Source of the DNA: Sphyrna mokarran
Taxonomy: Eukaryota
Length of the DNA: 64,000 nucleotides
Direction: 5' to 3'
Assembly (NCBI GenBank): GCA_024679065.1
Contig: JAGIQG010000012.1
Coordinates: 53,382,001-53,446,000 of the forward strand
In this document: positions 25,065 to 36,479 of the stretch, piece after piece
How positions within the stretch are numbered: the first letter of the stretch is position 1
How the letters are laid out: every line of letters starts with the position of its first letter
The notes under the pieces: model-generated
Databases searched by the model: none
Seen by the model: only the letters and a program-made list of their open reading frames with translations
Told to the model about the DNA's origin: nothing
Position numbers and translations under genes: made by a program

Positions 25065-25222
25065 ACCATATCCCTCTGTTGACAAGTACATGAATAGGAT
25101 GGGAATAGAGGGATATGGTCCCTGGAAGGGGAGGGGGTTTTCGTTCAGATGGGCAGTGTAATTGGTGCAAAGTTGGAGAGCTGAAAGGCCTATTCTTGTA
25201 CTATAATTTTCTTTGTTCTTTA
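25065..25222 (+). mobile_element. CR1 LINE 3' tail
   Basis: GACAAGTACATGAATAGGATGGGA (DKYMNRMG) followed by the GAGCTGAAAGGCCT tail. Confidence 0.75.
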
Positions 25223-25839
25223 GACATCATTGTTTTTGTTCAGTATGTAATTTCCCCAAAAATACTCAATTAACTTATTCAGTTTTGCCAACCCAAGTGG
25301 ATTATTCTTTTTTAGTGTTCACTCATTTGATCCTGAATTCTGATCTCTACAAATGCTCTCATTATTGGCCACCAAATTCTGCCTCTGGCTATCCCGTACA
25401 CAAATGAGTTGACCTTCTCATGATGCCCCAGGAGATCCACATGACATTTGTTAGGTGCCTTTTAAATGTTATCCTGAGGTGGCCTTGGTTAATTCCGCCA
25501 ACTTTGCTTGAAGATTCCACCTGACTGAGTGAGATCCTTGCTACAGTAGCTGACACCATTGGCTCAAGTCTCCTGCAATTCAAAAACAACTTCTGTTAAT
25601 ATGCTTAGCAGCCTGTTAATCAATTTTAACTTCAGCCCATTATTCAATGGTTAGTTTGGACAAAGACTGCAGACACAGGAATGGGAAAGGTAAAGCTATT
25701 GGAAAGCCAGAAGAATGAGTCTGCAATAGCTTAAAACCTGACATGTATAAAATAGTCACTTAGAAAATTCAAGAGAAAATAAAGCATGAAAAGCCATGTT
25801 TGGACCAATGGTCTATAAAATGCACAGGAGGAAGAAGAG

Positions 25840-26070
25840 ATCAGGAAAGTGCTAGAGAATCTCAGCAGGCCTGACAGCAACTTGAAAGAAAGAATAGAGC
25901 CAACAGTTTGAGTCTAGATGAGCCTTCATCAGAGCTCTGACCATGGGTCATCTAGATTCAAGACATTGGCTCTGCTCTCTCCACAGATTCTATCAAACCT
26001 GCTGAGATTTTCCAGCAATTTTCTGATTTTTGTTTCAGATTCCAACATCTACAGTATTTTGCATTTATTT
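25840..26070. mobile_element. Penelope-derived inverted repeat carrying head-to-head hammerhead-like motifs
   Basis: Imperfect palindrome 25840-26027 centred on TCAGAGCTCTGA (25929-25940). Confidence 0.8.
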
Positions 26071-26443
26071 TAGGAAGAAGAAAGCATTGAAGTAGATTTT
26101 TTTAAAATTTTGTGCTCCAGAGAAGGGGACATGCTCTCTAATAAATGTATATTGCAAATCTGAATGTGTGCTGCACATTTTTTTTATTAATGATGAGCAA
26201 ATGTACTCAGCTCAATTGTATATTGCCAAATGTTCAAACCTCCAAAACTACCTTTCCATTGAGGTTGGCTGGTCCTAGTTTACAAGTGTTCCTTTAAAAA
26301 TCCTTCACACAATAAATATTATCAAAATCTCTAGGTTTTAAGTAATATGCTCCAATTTCTGCTAAATGTTTGTAATAAGGACATTGATAAATCATTGATT
26401 TTAGCTTCTGCAGCATAGGGTTTTACACATCTCGATAATAAAT

Positions 26444-27316
26444 TGTTATAAATATGAATTTTGTTAGATTTTTATGTTTTAGGATTGTTTCTATACTTTA
26501 GAGTAAAATGGAGAAATGTTGGGGGGGGTCATGTGATCTGTTCTGAATTCTGCCTGACAACAAGCCTGGTTTTGGTGTTGAAAGTTAAAATGGACTAAGT
26601 TGTCTAACTGTATGGGAAGAAGATATGAGGATGACTAGGGCAGTTGTGATGGTGATGGATAGACTTTTAGTTTCCAAGTCACAGAGAAGTATTAGAAATG
26701 TCAGTTTTTTTTAAAAAGTTATATTTCTAACTAACTATTTACACCCAGGATAGAATGGAGATAAGGTGTATTTAAGATTGCTCATCAGCATTTCTACCCA
26801 GATACAAGGCCCATGTGGTTCACATTGCTATGGTCTTTGAGAGGAGAATATACAATAGAGAGCAATTGTAGTATTGGCTTGGAGGCTTTGCTAAGTTAAT
26901 ACACTGAAACTCAGGTCAGTCTGCAAGAATCTTAGAGAGCAAGAGAGGGGGAAAAAAGAAGTTAGACCTTTTCCTTCGAGCAGAGAAAATGTTGACTGTG
27001 AAAAGATAACAAAGGGAGCAAACTTGTGGAAGCTAAGAATCACTTTGGGTTGCTTCCTGGAGAATGTTCATTTAAGACATAGCGTACAGTACAGTCATAG
27101 TATGAGAGAAATTTTTCGATGTGTGAATAGTGTAATGGCATAATTCTCTTCTATAAATTAAAATGTAAATTGTCTACAAAATAGTGTTCAGTCAATGTTA
27201 CTTTAAATTAGTTTGTTATAGTAAAAGATAAACAATTTGAAAGCTTACCAAGGGATTTTCTTTTACAGTCTTCAAGTATCTTTTTAATGGTTATAGGTTC
27301 CATGGGGATTGTAACA
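26444..27316 (+). mobile_element. Solo LTR-like element
   Basis: TGTTATAA ... TTGTAACA termini; internal similarity to 45430-46390. Confidence 0.55.
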
Positions 27317-28013
27317 TTATTAAGATTTCAGATACATAGCTGAAATTCTCAACATGAATGACCAATCTACAAATCCCCATGTCAGGAATACTAACGGTAA
27401 AATTATACTCCAGATTGATTTTTAAAATCAAATTTTCCTTCTGATTTAGTCAGTGAATTTACTGTCAACGTTATTTAATTATCAAACAGCATGATTATCA
27501 CATTAGAGTATAACTTTTTTTTATCCCAGATCCATTTTATTGCCAGAATTGTATTTTTGCCCTTTTGGAATAATTTCCACTAATTCTTTATGTGCTCCAT
27601 CCACAGTGTTTGCCAAAATTCCTATTACTTTCACAATCTCATGGAATGATTTCTCAATTTATTTCTTGCCAATCTGTCTTACTCTGCACAAACCTTGGCT
27701 TATCCAAAAGTCAAGTGTGCACAAAAAGTTTATTTGATCCATGTACGCAACAAGCTGCATTGCTTTTGTTTTGCAGCTCGATCTTGCATTTGGATTTCAA
27801 ATAACTCATTCTACATTTTTGTGGTGTGTTGCCTGTGGAGCCTCAACTGGGGAGAAAAGTGCATATTGGGCCTTTCACTTCCCTGCCAATCACCAGAGGT
27901 AGATTTTAGAGAGGGTCAGAGTGGACTACGATAATGGAGGAATCACTGCTCTCCTCCTGACTTCACAGAAAGGTATTCTATTTAACAAAAAAATGAAATG
28001 AACACTTTTTATT

Positions 28014-29080
28014 AGAACATAGAACATAGAACAATACAGCACAGAACAGGCCCTTCGGCCTTCGATGTTGTGCCGACCAAAATAAAAAGCAATGCCCCTC
28101 CTAACTAAACCATTCCCTTCTCATCCATATACTTATCAACTAACCTCTTAACGCCACCAAACTTGGCGCATCTACAACAGCTGCAGGCAGGGCATTCCAC
28201 TCCCTAATCACTCTTTGAGTAAAGAACCTACCTCTGATATCCGTCCTATAACTCATACCCCTTAATTTAAAGCTGTGTCCCCTCGTGCTAGCTTTCTCCA
28301 TCCTAGGAAAAAGGCTATCACTGTCCACCCTATCTAAACCTCTAATCATCTTATATGCTTCAATAAGATCCCCTCTTAGCCGCCTCCTTTCTAACGAAAA
28401 CAACCTCAAATCCTTCAACCTCTCTTCATAGGACCTGCCCTCCATACCAGGCAACATCCTGGTAAACCTCCTCTGTACCCTCTCCAATGCCTCCACATCT
28501 TTCTTATAATGTGGGGACCAGAACTGCACACAATACTCCAAGTGCGGCCGCACTAGAGTTTTGTACAGTTGCAACATGATGCTGCGGCTCCTAAATTCAA
28601 TCCCCCTACCAATAAAAGCTAAGACTCCATATGCCTTCTTAACAACTTTATCCACTTGACTGCCTACTTTCAGGGATCTATTGACACATACACCAAGATC
28701 CTTCTGTTCCTCAACACTATTAAGAGCCCTACCATTAGCCCTATACTCTACACATTTATTGTTCCTGCCAAAGTGCATTACCTCACACTTTTCCACATTA
28801 AACTCCATTTGCCACCTCTCGGCCCAGCTCTGCAACTTGTCCAAGTCACTCTGTAAACTAAAACACCCCTCTTCACTATCTACCACACCACCAACTTTAG
28901 TATCATCTGCAAATTTACTGATCCATCCCTCAATACCCTCATCCAGATCATTTATAAAAATTACAAACAGCAGGGGCCCCAAAACAGACCCCTGAGGCAC
29001 ACCACTCGTCACCGAACTCCACAATGAATATCTCCCATCAACCACCACCCTCTGTCTTCTATCTGCCAGCCAAACAACCA
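28014..29080 (-). mobile_element. Young 5'-truncated CR1 LINE (ORF2 reverse transcriptase C-half)
   Basis: 313 aa uninterrupted frame with SGVPQGSVLGPLLF, KFADDTK, RPHLEYCVQFW and WNALP; (TTCTATG)n tail. Confidence 0.97.
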
Positions 29081-29189
29081 TGGGACTGTCAAAAAATCCT
29101 GATCAGGGTAAGTTCAATGACAACCAGCTAATCAATAATCAAATTTGTAAATAAGTTCTCAATGGGCATTCAATATCTCATAGACATCT

Positions 29190-29865
29190 GCAGCATGGTG
29201 ACATGGTGGTTAGCACTGCTGTCTCACAATGCTAAGGACTTGAGTTCAATTCCATCCTTGGGTAGCTGTATAGGGTATGTACATTCTCCTGGTGTCTATG
29301 TAGGTTTCCTCTGAGTGCTCCGGTTTCCTTCCACATTCCAAGGATGTGGGGTTAGGTGGATTGGTACTAAATTGCCCCTTATTGTTAGAAAGATAAGGGG
29401 CACTGTGCTACCGGGTAGCACGGTAGCACAATGGTTAGCACTGCTGCTTCACAGCTCCAGGGTTTAATTCCCGGCTTGGGTCACTGTCAGTGTGGAGTTT
29501 GCACATTCTCCTTGTGTCTGCATGGTTTCCTTTGGGTGCTCTGGTTTCCTTTTACAGTCCAAAGATGTGCGGGTTAGGTTGATTGGTCATGCTAAAATTG
29601 CCCCTTAGTGTCCTGAGATGTGTAGGTTAGAGGGATTAGTAAGTAAATATGTAGGGATATGGGGGTAGGGCCTGGGTGGGATTGTGGTCAATGCAGACTC
29701 TATGGGCCCAATGGCCTTTTTCTACACTGTAGAGTTTCTATGATTCTGTGAGATGAATTTGGTTAATATGTGGGTTCGGGGAGAGGGCCTGGGTGGGATT
29801 GTTGTCAGGGCAGATTCAATGAGCCAAATGCCCTCTTTCTACACTGTATTCCATGATTCTATGAC
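29190..29865 (+). mobile_element. HE1-like SINE with a second HE1-like SINE (about 29413-29750) nested inside
   Basis: Two heads and two tails in the order head1, head2, tail2, tail1. Confidence 0.85.
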
Positions 29866-30729
29866 ATACTGAAGGAGCTTAATGCTGGTTTTATGTATTT
29901 ACCTGAACTGTATGATTTTAGCAGGGGTCTTACTGCCTAAGCTGATTGGGTAGACTATCCTACCCTTTCACATCCCAAAACATGCACAACCCATATTAAT
30001 GGTAATTTTAATATTGTATTGATTACATTTATCTAATGAGTCCCTAAGCTGCCCTCTTCCCTTTCCATTCTGTGGAGGCTGTAATTTTCAAATACATTAA
30101 AACTCCTAAATTAACTTCAGATTAAGTTTTTCATTCCTGTATTCTAGGCTGCATTTTTGGAATTACCAGGAAACTGTTCACTAACTTGGGTAGAGGACTA
30201 TGGAATAAAATCTTAATGATAATAGAAAGCTGAATGAGAAAGAACAGTCATAGAAAATAAGTTCTTATTGTACCATTGAGAAAGTCTCCATCACAGCACA
30301 AATATAAAGATGATTACTGATGCACGGTAGTGATAACTTGTGGATTATGTGATTAAATATTGGTCTACTTAACTGTAAAACTACAAGGATGGCTGATTAT
30401 TTTTGATCGTACATGTCGATTTCAAAAATATCTTATTTTGGGACAAATGCTGGTTTTATCATCAGAGATTGCAGCTTAACTTTTTCAATCTGTACCCAGC
30501 AGACTCTAAAATGCAATTATTTTTCAATACGTTGAACTGTATCACAGCTTTATGTGACATTTACAATCTCACAATGGCTTCATGGAGAGATTGCCTTGGG
30601 ATAATGTTAAAACTACTTCCAATGTTTAGCATTGTTTCTTTATCACAAAGCCTCACGACAGCGCCACACAAAAATTTAAATCTTCCTTTGCAGTTCTCTG
30701 CCCAAGGGGCCACAATTTCCATCACAGGT

Positions 30730-30831
30730 AGGACAAGGAGACACCCTAGCCAGAATTGGAATTGAACCCTATGCTGTTGGCGCCAATCTCATTAATTGTA
30801 GCCATCTAGACAATTAAGCCAACCAGTCCCC
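30730..30831 (-). mobile_element. tRNA-derived SINE head (LF-SINE-like)
   Basis: Minus strand GGGGACTGGTTGGCTTAATTG...GCCAACAGCATAGGGTTCAATTCC. Confidence 0.5.
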
Positions 30832-30844
30832 TAAGAAGTCATAG

Positions 30845-31995
30845 TTGTTGTGGCAACATACATCAATGACATTCTCTTCCTTTGGACTCATGGTGAATAA
30901 TCACTGAAGCCACTATATAATGACATCAACAAGTTCCAACCCACCATCAGACTCACCATAGACAACTCTCTGGTATTGTTGCATTCTTGGACACAAGCAT
31001 CTCCATTAAGGACAGTTACCTCAGCACCTCACTGTATTGCAAGCCCACAGATAACTTCACGATGCTCCACTTCCCCAGCTTCCACCCTAAACACATTAAG
31101 GAAGCCATCCCTTACAGACAAGCCCTCCATATACACAGGATCTGCTCAGATGAGGAAGATCATAGCAGACACTTCCAGATGCTGAAAGATGCCCTCATAA
31201 GAATAGGATATGGTGCTCGACTTATCAATCGACAGTTACGAACTGCCACAGTGAAAAACCGCACCAACCTCCTTAGAAGATAAACATGGGACATAGCAAA
31301 CAGAGTACCCTGAGTCATCCAGTACTTGCCCAGAGCGGAGAAGCTATGATATCTTCTCCAGAGCCTTCAACATGTCACTGACGAAAATGAACATATCGCC
31401 AAGGCTATTCTCACACCCCCACTTCTTGCCTTCAAACAACCATATAACCTCAAACAGACCATTGTCTGCAGCAAACTACACAGCCTTCAGAGGAACAGTG
31501 ACCACAACATTACACAACCCTGCCACAGCAACCTCTGCAAGACATGCCAGATCATCATCACAAATGCCATCATCTCATGTCAAAATACCATCCGCCAGGT
31601 TCACAGTACATATACTTGCAACTCGGCCAACATTGTCTACCTGATATGCTGAGGGAAAGGATGTTTTGAGGCATGGTGCATTGGGGAGACAATGCAGATC
31701 CTACAACAACGGATGAATGAACACTGCTCGACAATTATCAGGCAAGAGTGTTCTCTTTCTGTTGGGAAACACTTCAGCGGTCATGGGCATTCGGCCTCTG
31801 ATCTTCAGATAAGCATTCTCCAAGGTGGCCTTCACAACACATCTTAGTGCAGAGTCGCTGAGCAGAGACTGATAGTCAAATTCCACACACATGAGGACGG
31901 CCTTAAGCAGGATCTTGGGCTCATATCACACTATCTGTAACTTCAGGACTTGCTTGGGCTTGCAAAATCTTGCTAACTGTCCTGGCTGGAGACAA
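30845..31995 (+). mobile_element. Penelope-like element, decayed RT C-terminus plus GIY-YIG (left part)
   Basis: YINDILFLWTHG (YIDD motif), TSLYCKPTD...HPKHIKEAIPYRQALHIHRICS, TCNSANIVYLI...CIGET; contains stops and frameshifts. Confidence 0.92.
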
Positions 31996-33581
31996 GGTTA
32001 GTTGAAAAAGTCAAGGCTCATGGGAGACAAGAACATGTAGCTAGATGGATAAGTAATTGGCTTAGTAATAGGAGACAGAGAGTAATAGTGGAAGGGTGCT
32101 TTTCTAGCTGGAGCTCGGTCACTAGTGGTGTGCCGCAGGGCTCAGTACTGGGACCTCTTCTATTTGTAATATATATAAATGACTTGGAAGAGGGAATAAA
32201 TGGAGTGATCAGCAAGTTTGCAGACGATACAAAGATGGCTGGACTTGTGGATAGTGAGGAGCATTGTCAGGTGTTGCAGCAGGACATAAATAGGCTGGTA
32301 GCTTGGGCAGATAGATGGCAGATGGAATTCAATCCTGATAAATGCGAGATGATGCATTTCAGGAGAAAGAATGTAGGGAGGAGGTATATGATAAAAGGTA
32401 GACCTATTAAGAGTATAGAAATGCAGAGGGACCAGGAAGTGCAGGTGCACAAATCTCTGAAGGTGGCAGAGCAGGTGGAAAAGGTTGTGAAGAAAGCATG
32501 TGGTATGCTAGCCTTTACAGGAAGTGGTATGGAGTACAAGAGCTGGCCTTTAATGTTGCAGTTGTATAAAATGTTAGTTAGACCTCATTTGGAATACTGT
32601 GTCCAGTTCTAGTTGCCTTACTACCGGAAGGACGTGGAGACTCTGGAGAGAGTGCAGAGGAGGTTTACCAGGATGCTGCCTGGTATGGAAGGTCTGAGTT
32701 ACGAGGAGAGGTTAGACAAACTGGGACTGTTTTCCTTAGAAAGATGTAGACTTAGAGGAGATCTAATAGAGGTGTACAAGATTATGAAGGGTATAGATAG
32801 AGTAAACAGGGTTAAGCTTTTTCCTAGGATGGATTCCAATAGCACGAGGGGTCATAGGCTTAGGGTGAGGGGTGTAAGGTTTAATTTGGGTGCTAGAGGG
32901 AGTTTTTTCACACAGAGGATGGTGGGGGTATGGAATGCGCTGCCAAGTAAAGTGGCAGGCACTCTGGAGTTATTTAAGAAATACTTAGATAGGCACATGA
33001 ACAGAATGGGAATGAAGGGGTATAGAAAACTGATTTAAAATAGGGATCATGAGCCTTGGGAGTCCCTGAGAAGTGTGTAAATAGATGATGATATTGATGT
33101 ATTTGTTTTTATCCTACAGGTGCTTTGGTCTGCCTTGTTGTCTAACAAGGGGCATACACGTGATGGGTTGTGAGAAGGCTGCTCTTGGATTTTGAAAGTA
33201 TCCTAGTGCTTCACGTCGTTAGTGTATGCTTGACCTGGACCATTTGATGGGCAACACGACAGCTCAGTGACTATCGCTGTGCTGTGCAGATACATGGATT
33301 TGGGCCTGTGTCTGTGGGAGTTTGCGCATTCTCCCCGTGCTTGCGTGGGTTTTCTTCGGGTGCTCTGGTTTCCTCCCACATCCCAAAGATGTGCTCTTAG
33401 GCTAATTGGCAAAACAAATTCTCCCTAAATTGTCTCAAATTTGGTTTTTAATCCATAGATCTATAAACATAGACAGGGATCGCGGGTAGAGGTGGGAATA
33501 TCGGGGTGGCGGTGCGGGCTCATTGGGCTGAAGGGCCTGTTTCCCGTGCTGTTTTGTTCTTTGTTCTTTTTGTTCTTTTTT
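31996..33581 (+). mobile_element. 5'-truncated CR1 LINE with long SINE-containing 3' UTR, inserted into the Penelope element
   Basis: RT motifs SGVPQGSVLGP and FADDTK; one in-frame TAG at 32610; stop at 33036-33038; (TTCTTTG)n tail; Penelope sequence resumes at 33582. Confidence 0.93.
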
Positions 33582-33851
33582 AATACACATCTCTTTAATC
33601 TGTCTTAACCCTTTCTCCACTCACATTGTCTGTACCTTTAATACTTGATTCCTCTAAAGAGTCACATTCCAACCATTATTTTGTAAGTAATGATTGAAAT
33701 GATGATGGAATAACGATGGCATTATATGCTCTGTTTGTGAACTGAAATCCCATTCACCTGATGAAGGAGGAGCGAGCACTCCGAAAGCTAGTGGGTTTTG
33801 CTATCAAATAAACCTGTTGGACTCTAACCTGGTGTAATGAGATCTCTTACT
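33582..33851 (+). mobile_element. Penelope pseudo-LTR (right part of the 30845 element)
   Basis: Collinear with 7328-7573. Confidence 0.88.
33755..33793 (+). ncRNA. Minimal type I hammerhead ribozyme, core intact
   Basis: CAC-CTGATGA-A-GGAG(9 nt)CTCC-GAAA-GC-TA-GTG; predicted cleavage 3' of 33790. Confidence 0.8.
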
Positions 33852-33966
33852 GAATATACACTTCAACAATGCCGTCTGGAACTATGAATACCGATGGTAA
33901 AGGCTCCAGTTTCCTTTGCATCACAGAGCAGTAATCTCTCCTGCTCTTACCACCTAGCCATTGGGG

Positions 33967-33981
33967 TGTGTGTGTGTGTGT
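33967..33981. repeat. (GT)n microsatellite
   Basis: Short TG dinucleotide run. Confidence 0.7.
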
Positions 33982-35544
33982 TGTGAGGATTTGCAAATTG
34001 ATACTCAAATCTGTTACTGGTGTCAACTCACCTTCCTTGGCAATGATGCCAATGTTAGGCTTCCAATGAATATCACTTCAACTCTGATAAGTGTAAGATC
34101 ATGTACTTAGGGAGGTCAAACAGTAAAACGGGAAACACAATAAAAAGGAATGTGCTGACAGGGGCAAAGAAAATTCAGGACCTGTGCTAATATTAAGGGT
34201 TGGATTGAATGGATATATAATGGAAAAGGGAGTGAAGGAATAGAGGAACAAGATAGGTAAATATGATTAGAACTACTTGCTTACATGGGTATTAAATACT
34301 TGCATAAGTGGGTTAGGCCCTATGATCAGTTTCGTATGATAAAGCCATAAGATGAAGGAGAAGAAGTAGACCATTAAACCCATTGAGTTTGCTTTACCAT
34401 TCAATATGATTGTAACTAACCTCAACTCCACTTTCCTACCTTATCCCTAGAACCATTTATTTCCTTACTGTTTAAAAATTTGACTGCTTCAACCTTGAAC
34501 ATACTTAATGACCCAATCTCTATAGTCCTCTGTGGTAAAGAATTCAACAGAGTCACTAGCTCTGAGAGAAGAAATTCCTCCTCATCTTTGTCTTAAAAGG
34601 TAACTCCTTGTTCTGCAATAATGCCCTCTGATCCTAGACTCTCCCACAAGGGGAAATGACTGCTCAGCATCTATCCCGTAAGCCTCCTGTGAATCTTATA
34701 TACCTCACTAAGATCACCTCTCATTTTTCTGAGCTCCAATGCGGCCCAATCTACTTAACATCTTCTCATAAGATAATCTGTCCACACCTGGGATCAACCT
34801 AGTGAACTTTCTCTGAACGGTCTCCAATGCAAGTAAACATTTCCTTAAATAAGGGGATCAAAACTGTTTGCTGTATTCCAAGGATGGTCTAACTGGTGCC
34901 TAACATAGTTTTTAACAAGACTTCCCTCTTTTTATATTCTACTCCCTTTGAAATAAAGGCCAAAATTTCTAATTACCTACTTAACTTACATGTTAATTTT
35001 TTTGTGATTTATATATGAGGACTCTCCAAATCTCTCTGTGCTTCAGCTTTTTGAAGTCTTATTCCATTTAAATAATATTCAGCATCTTTATTCTTCCTAC
35101 CAAAGTACATAACTTCACATTTTCCTACATTATATTCCATCTACAATGTTTTGGCCCACATATAACCCTGTCTATATATCCTCCTATAGATTCTTTGTTG
35201 CCTTTCTATCTATTTTTGTGTTGTCTGCAAATTTGGCAACAATATATTGTCCAGTTTATTAATATATGTTGTAAATAATTATGGTTCCATCACTGATCCT
35301 TGTGATGCTCCACTAATTACAGGTTGCCATCCTGAAAATGCCCCTCGTATTCCAACTTTCTGTCTTCTATCAGTCTTCTATCAGTTAGTCAATCCTTTAT
35401 CCATGCTGATACATTGGCCCAAAACCATGAGTTCTTATCTTATGAAGTAACTTTTTGTGTGGTACCTTTTTTTAGGAACCTAAGTATGTTACATCTATCA
35501 GTTCACTTTATCTATCTTTTTGTTACCACTTCAGAGAATTCTAA

Positions 35545-35905
35545 GAATTCTTATAAAATTCTAACAGAATAAGACATGGTAGATTCAGAATGAATGTTTC
35601 TGATGATCGGATGTTCGGAACTAGGAGACATAATTTGGGGATAAGGTGTAAAATCTTTTACGATTGAGAAATTTCTTACGCAGAGAGCGGTGAATTTGTG
35701 GATTCAGAAAGTGGTTGAGGCCAAACCATTGTGTGATTTCAAGAAGGTATTAGATATAACTCTTGGGGCTGATGGGATCAAGGGATGGGGGAGGGGAAGC
35801 TGGGATCAGGATATTGAATTTGATGATCAGCCATGATCAAAATGAATGGCAGAACAGGCTCAGAGGGTGAATGGCCCACTCCGGCTTCTATTTTCTATGT
35901 TTTTA
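35545..35905 (+). mobile_element. CR1 3' end nested in the opposite-strand CR1
   Basis: YKIL...QRAVNLW motif remnants and the GAATGGCCCACTCCGGCTTCTATTTTCTATG tail. Confidence 0.8.
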
Positions 35906-36341
35906 TAGAAATTTTTCAGGCATGTTTTCCCCAACATGAAGCCATGCTGGCTCTGTTCTATTTTGTATTTCTAAATGCTCTGCTAACTGCCTTATAGTTA
36001 GGTCATTTTTGTCTCACTCCCTTTTTGAATAAAAGTGTCACATTGGCAGTTTTCCAATCCTATGGGATTTTTTTTCAGAATTTAAGGATTCTTGGAAGAT
36101 TACCACCAGTGCATCTATTATTTCTACTACTTCCTTTGTACTCTGCAATGCATGTTCAGGAGACTTATCGGTCTTTAGCCCCATTAGTTTCCTTAATACT
36201 TTTTCCTTAGTGATATTTATTGTATTTATTTCATCCCCTCTTCTGCCCCTTGAATATTTAGCATTTTTGGGAACGTTATTAGTGTCTTCAACTGCAAAAA
36301 CTGATGCAAATACTTGTTTAACTCCTCTGCCATTTCCTGGT

Positions 36342-36479
36342 AGTAAATGCCAATAGCTTTCTGGGTTTGCTCTCACCTGATGAAAGGGCAAAACCTGAAA
36401 GCTAGTGGTGTTTGCTACCAAATAAACCTGTTGGACTTTAACCTGGTGTTGTGAGACTTCTTACTGTGTTTACCCCACA
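36342..36479 (+). mobile_element. Solo Penelope pseudo-LTR unit with hammerhead motif (36374-36407)
   Basis: CAC-CTGATGA-A-AGG gcaaaa CCT-GAAA-GCTA-GTG followed by the family terminus; interrupts the CR1. Confidence 0.8.
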
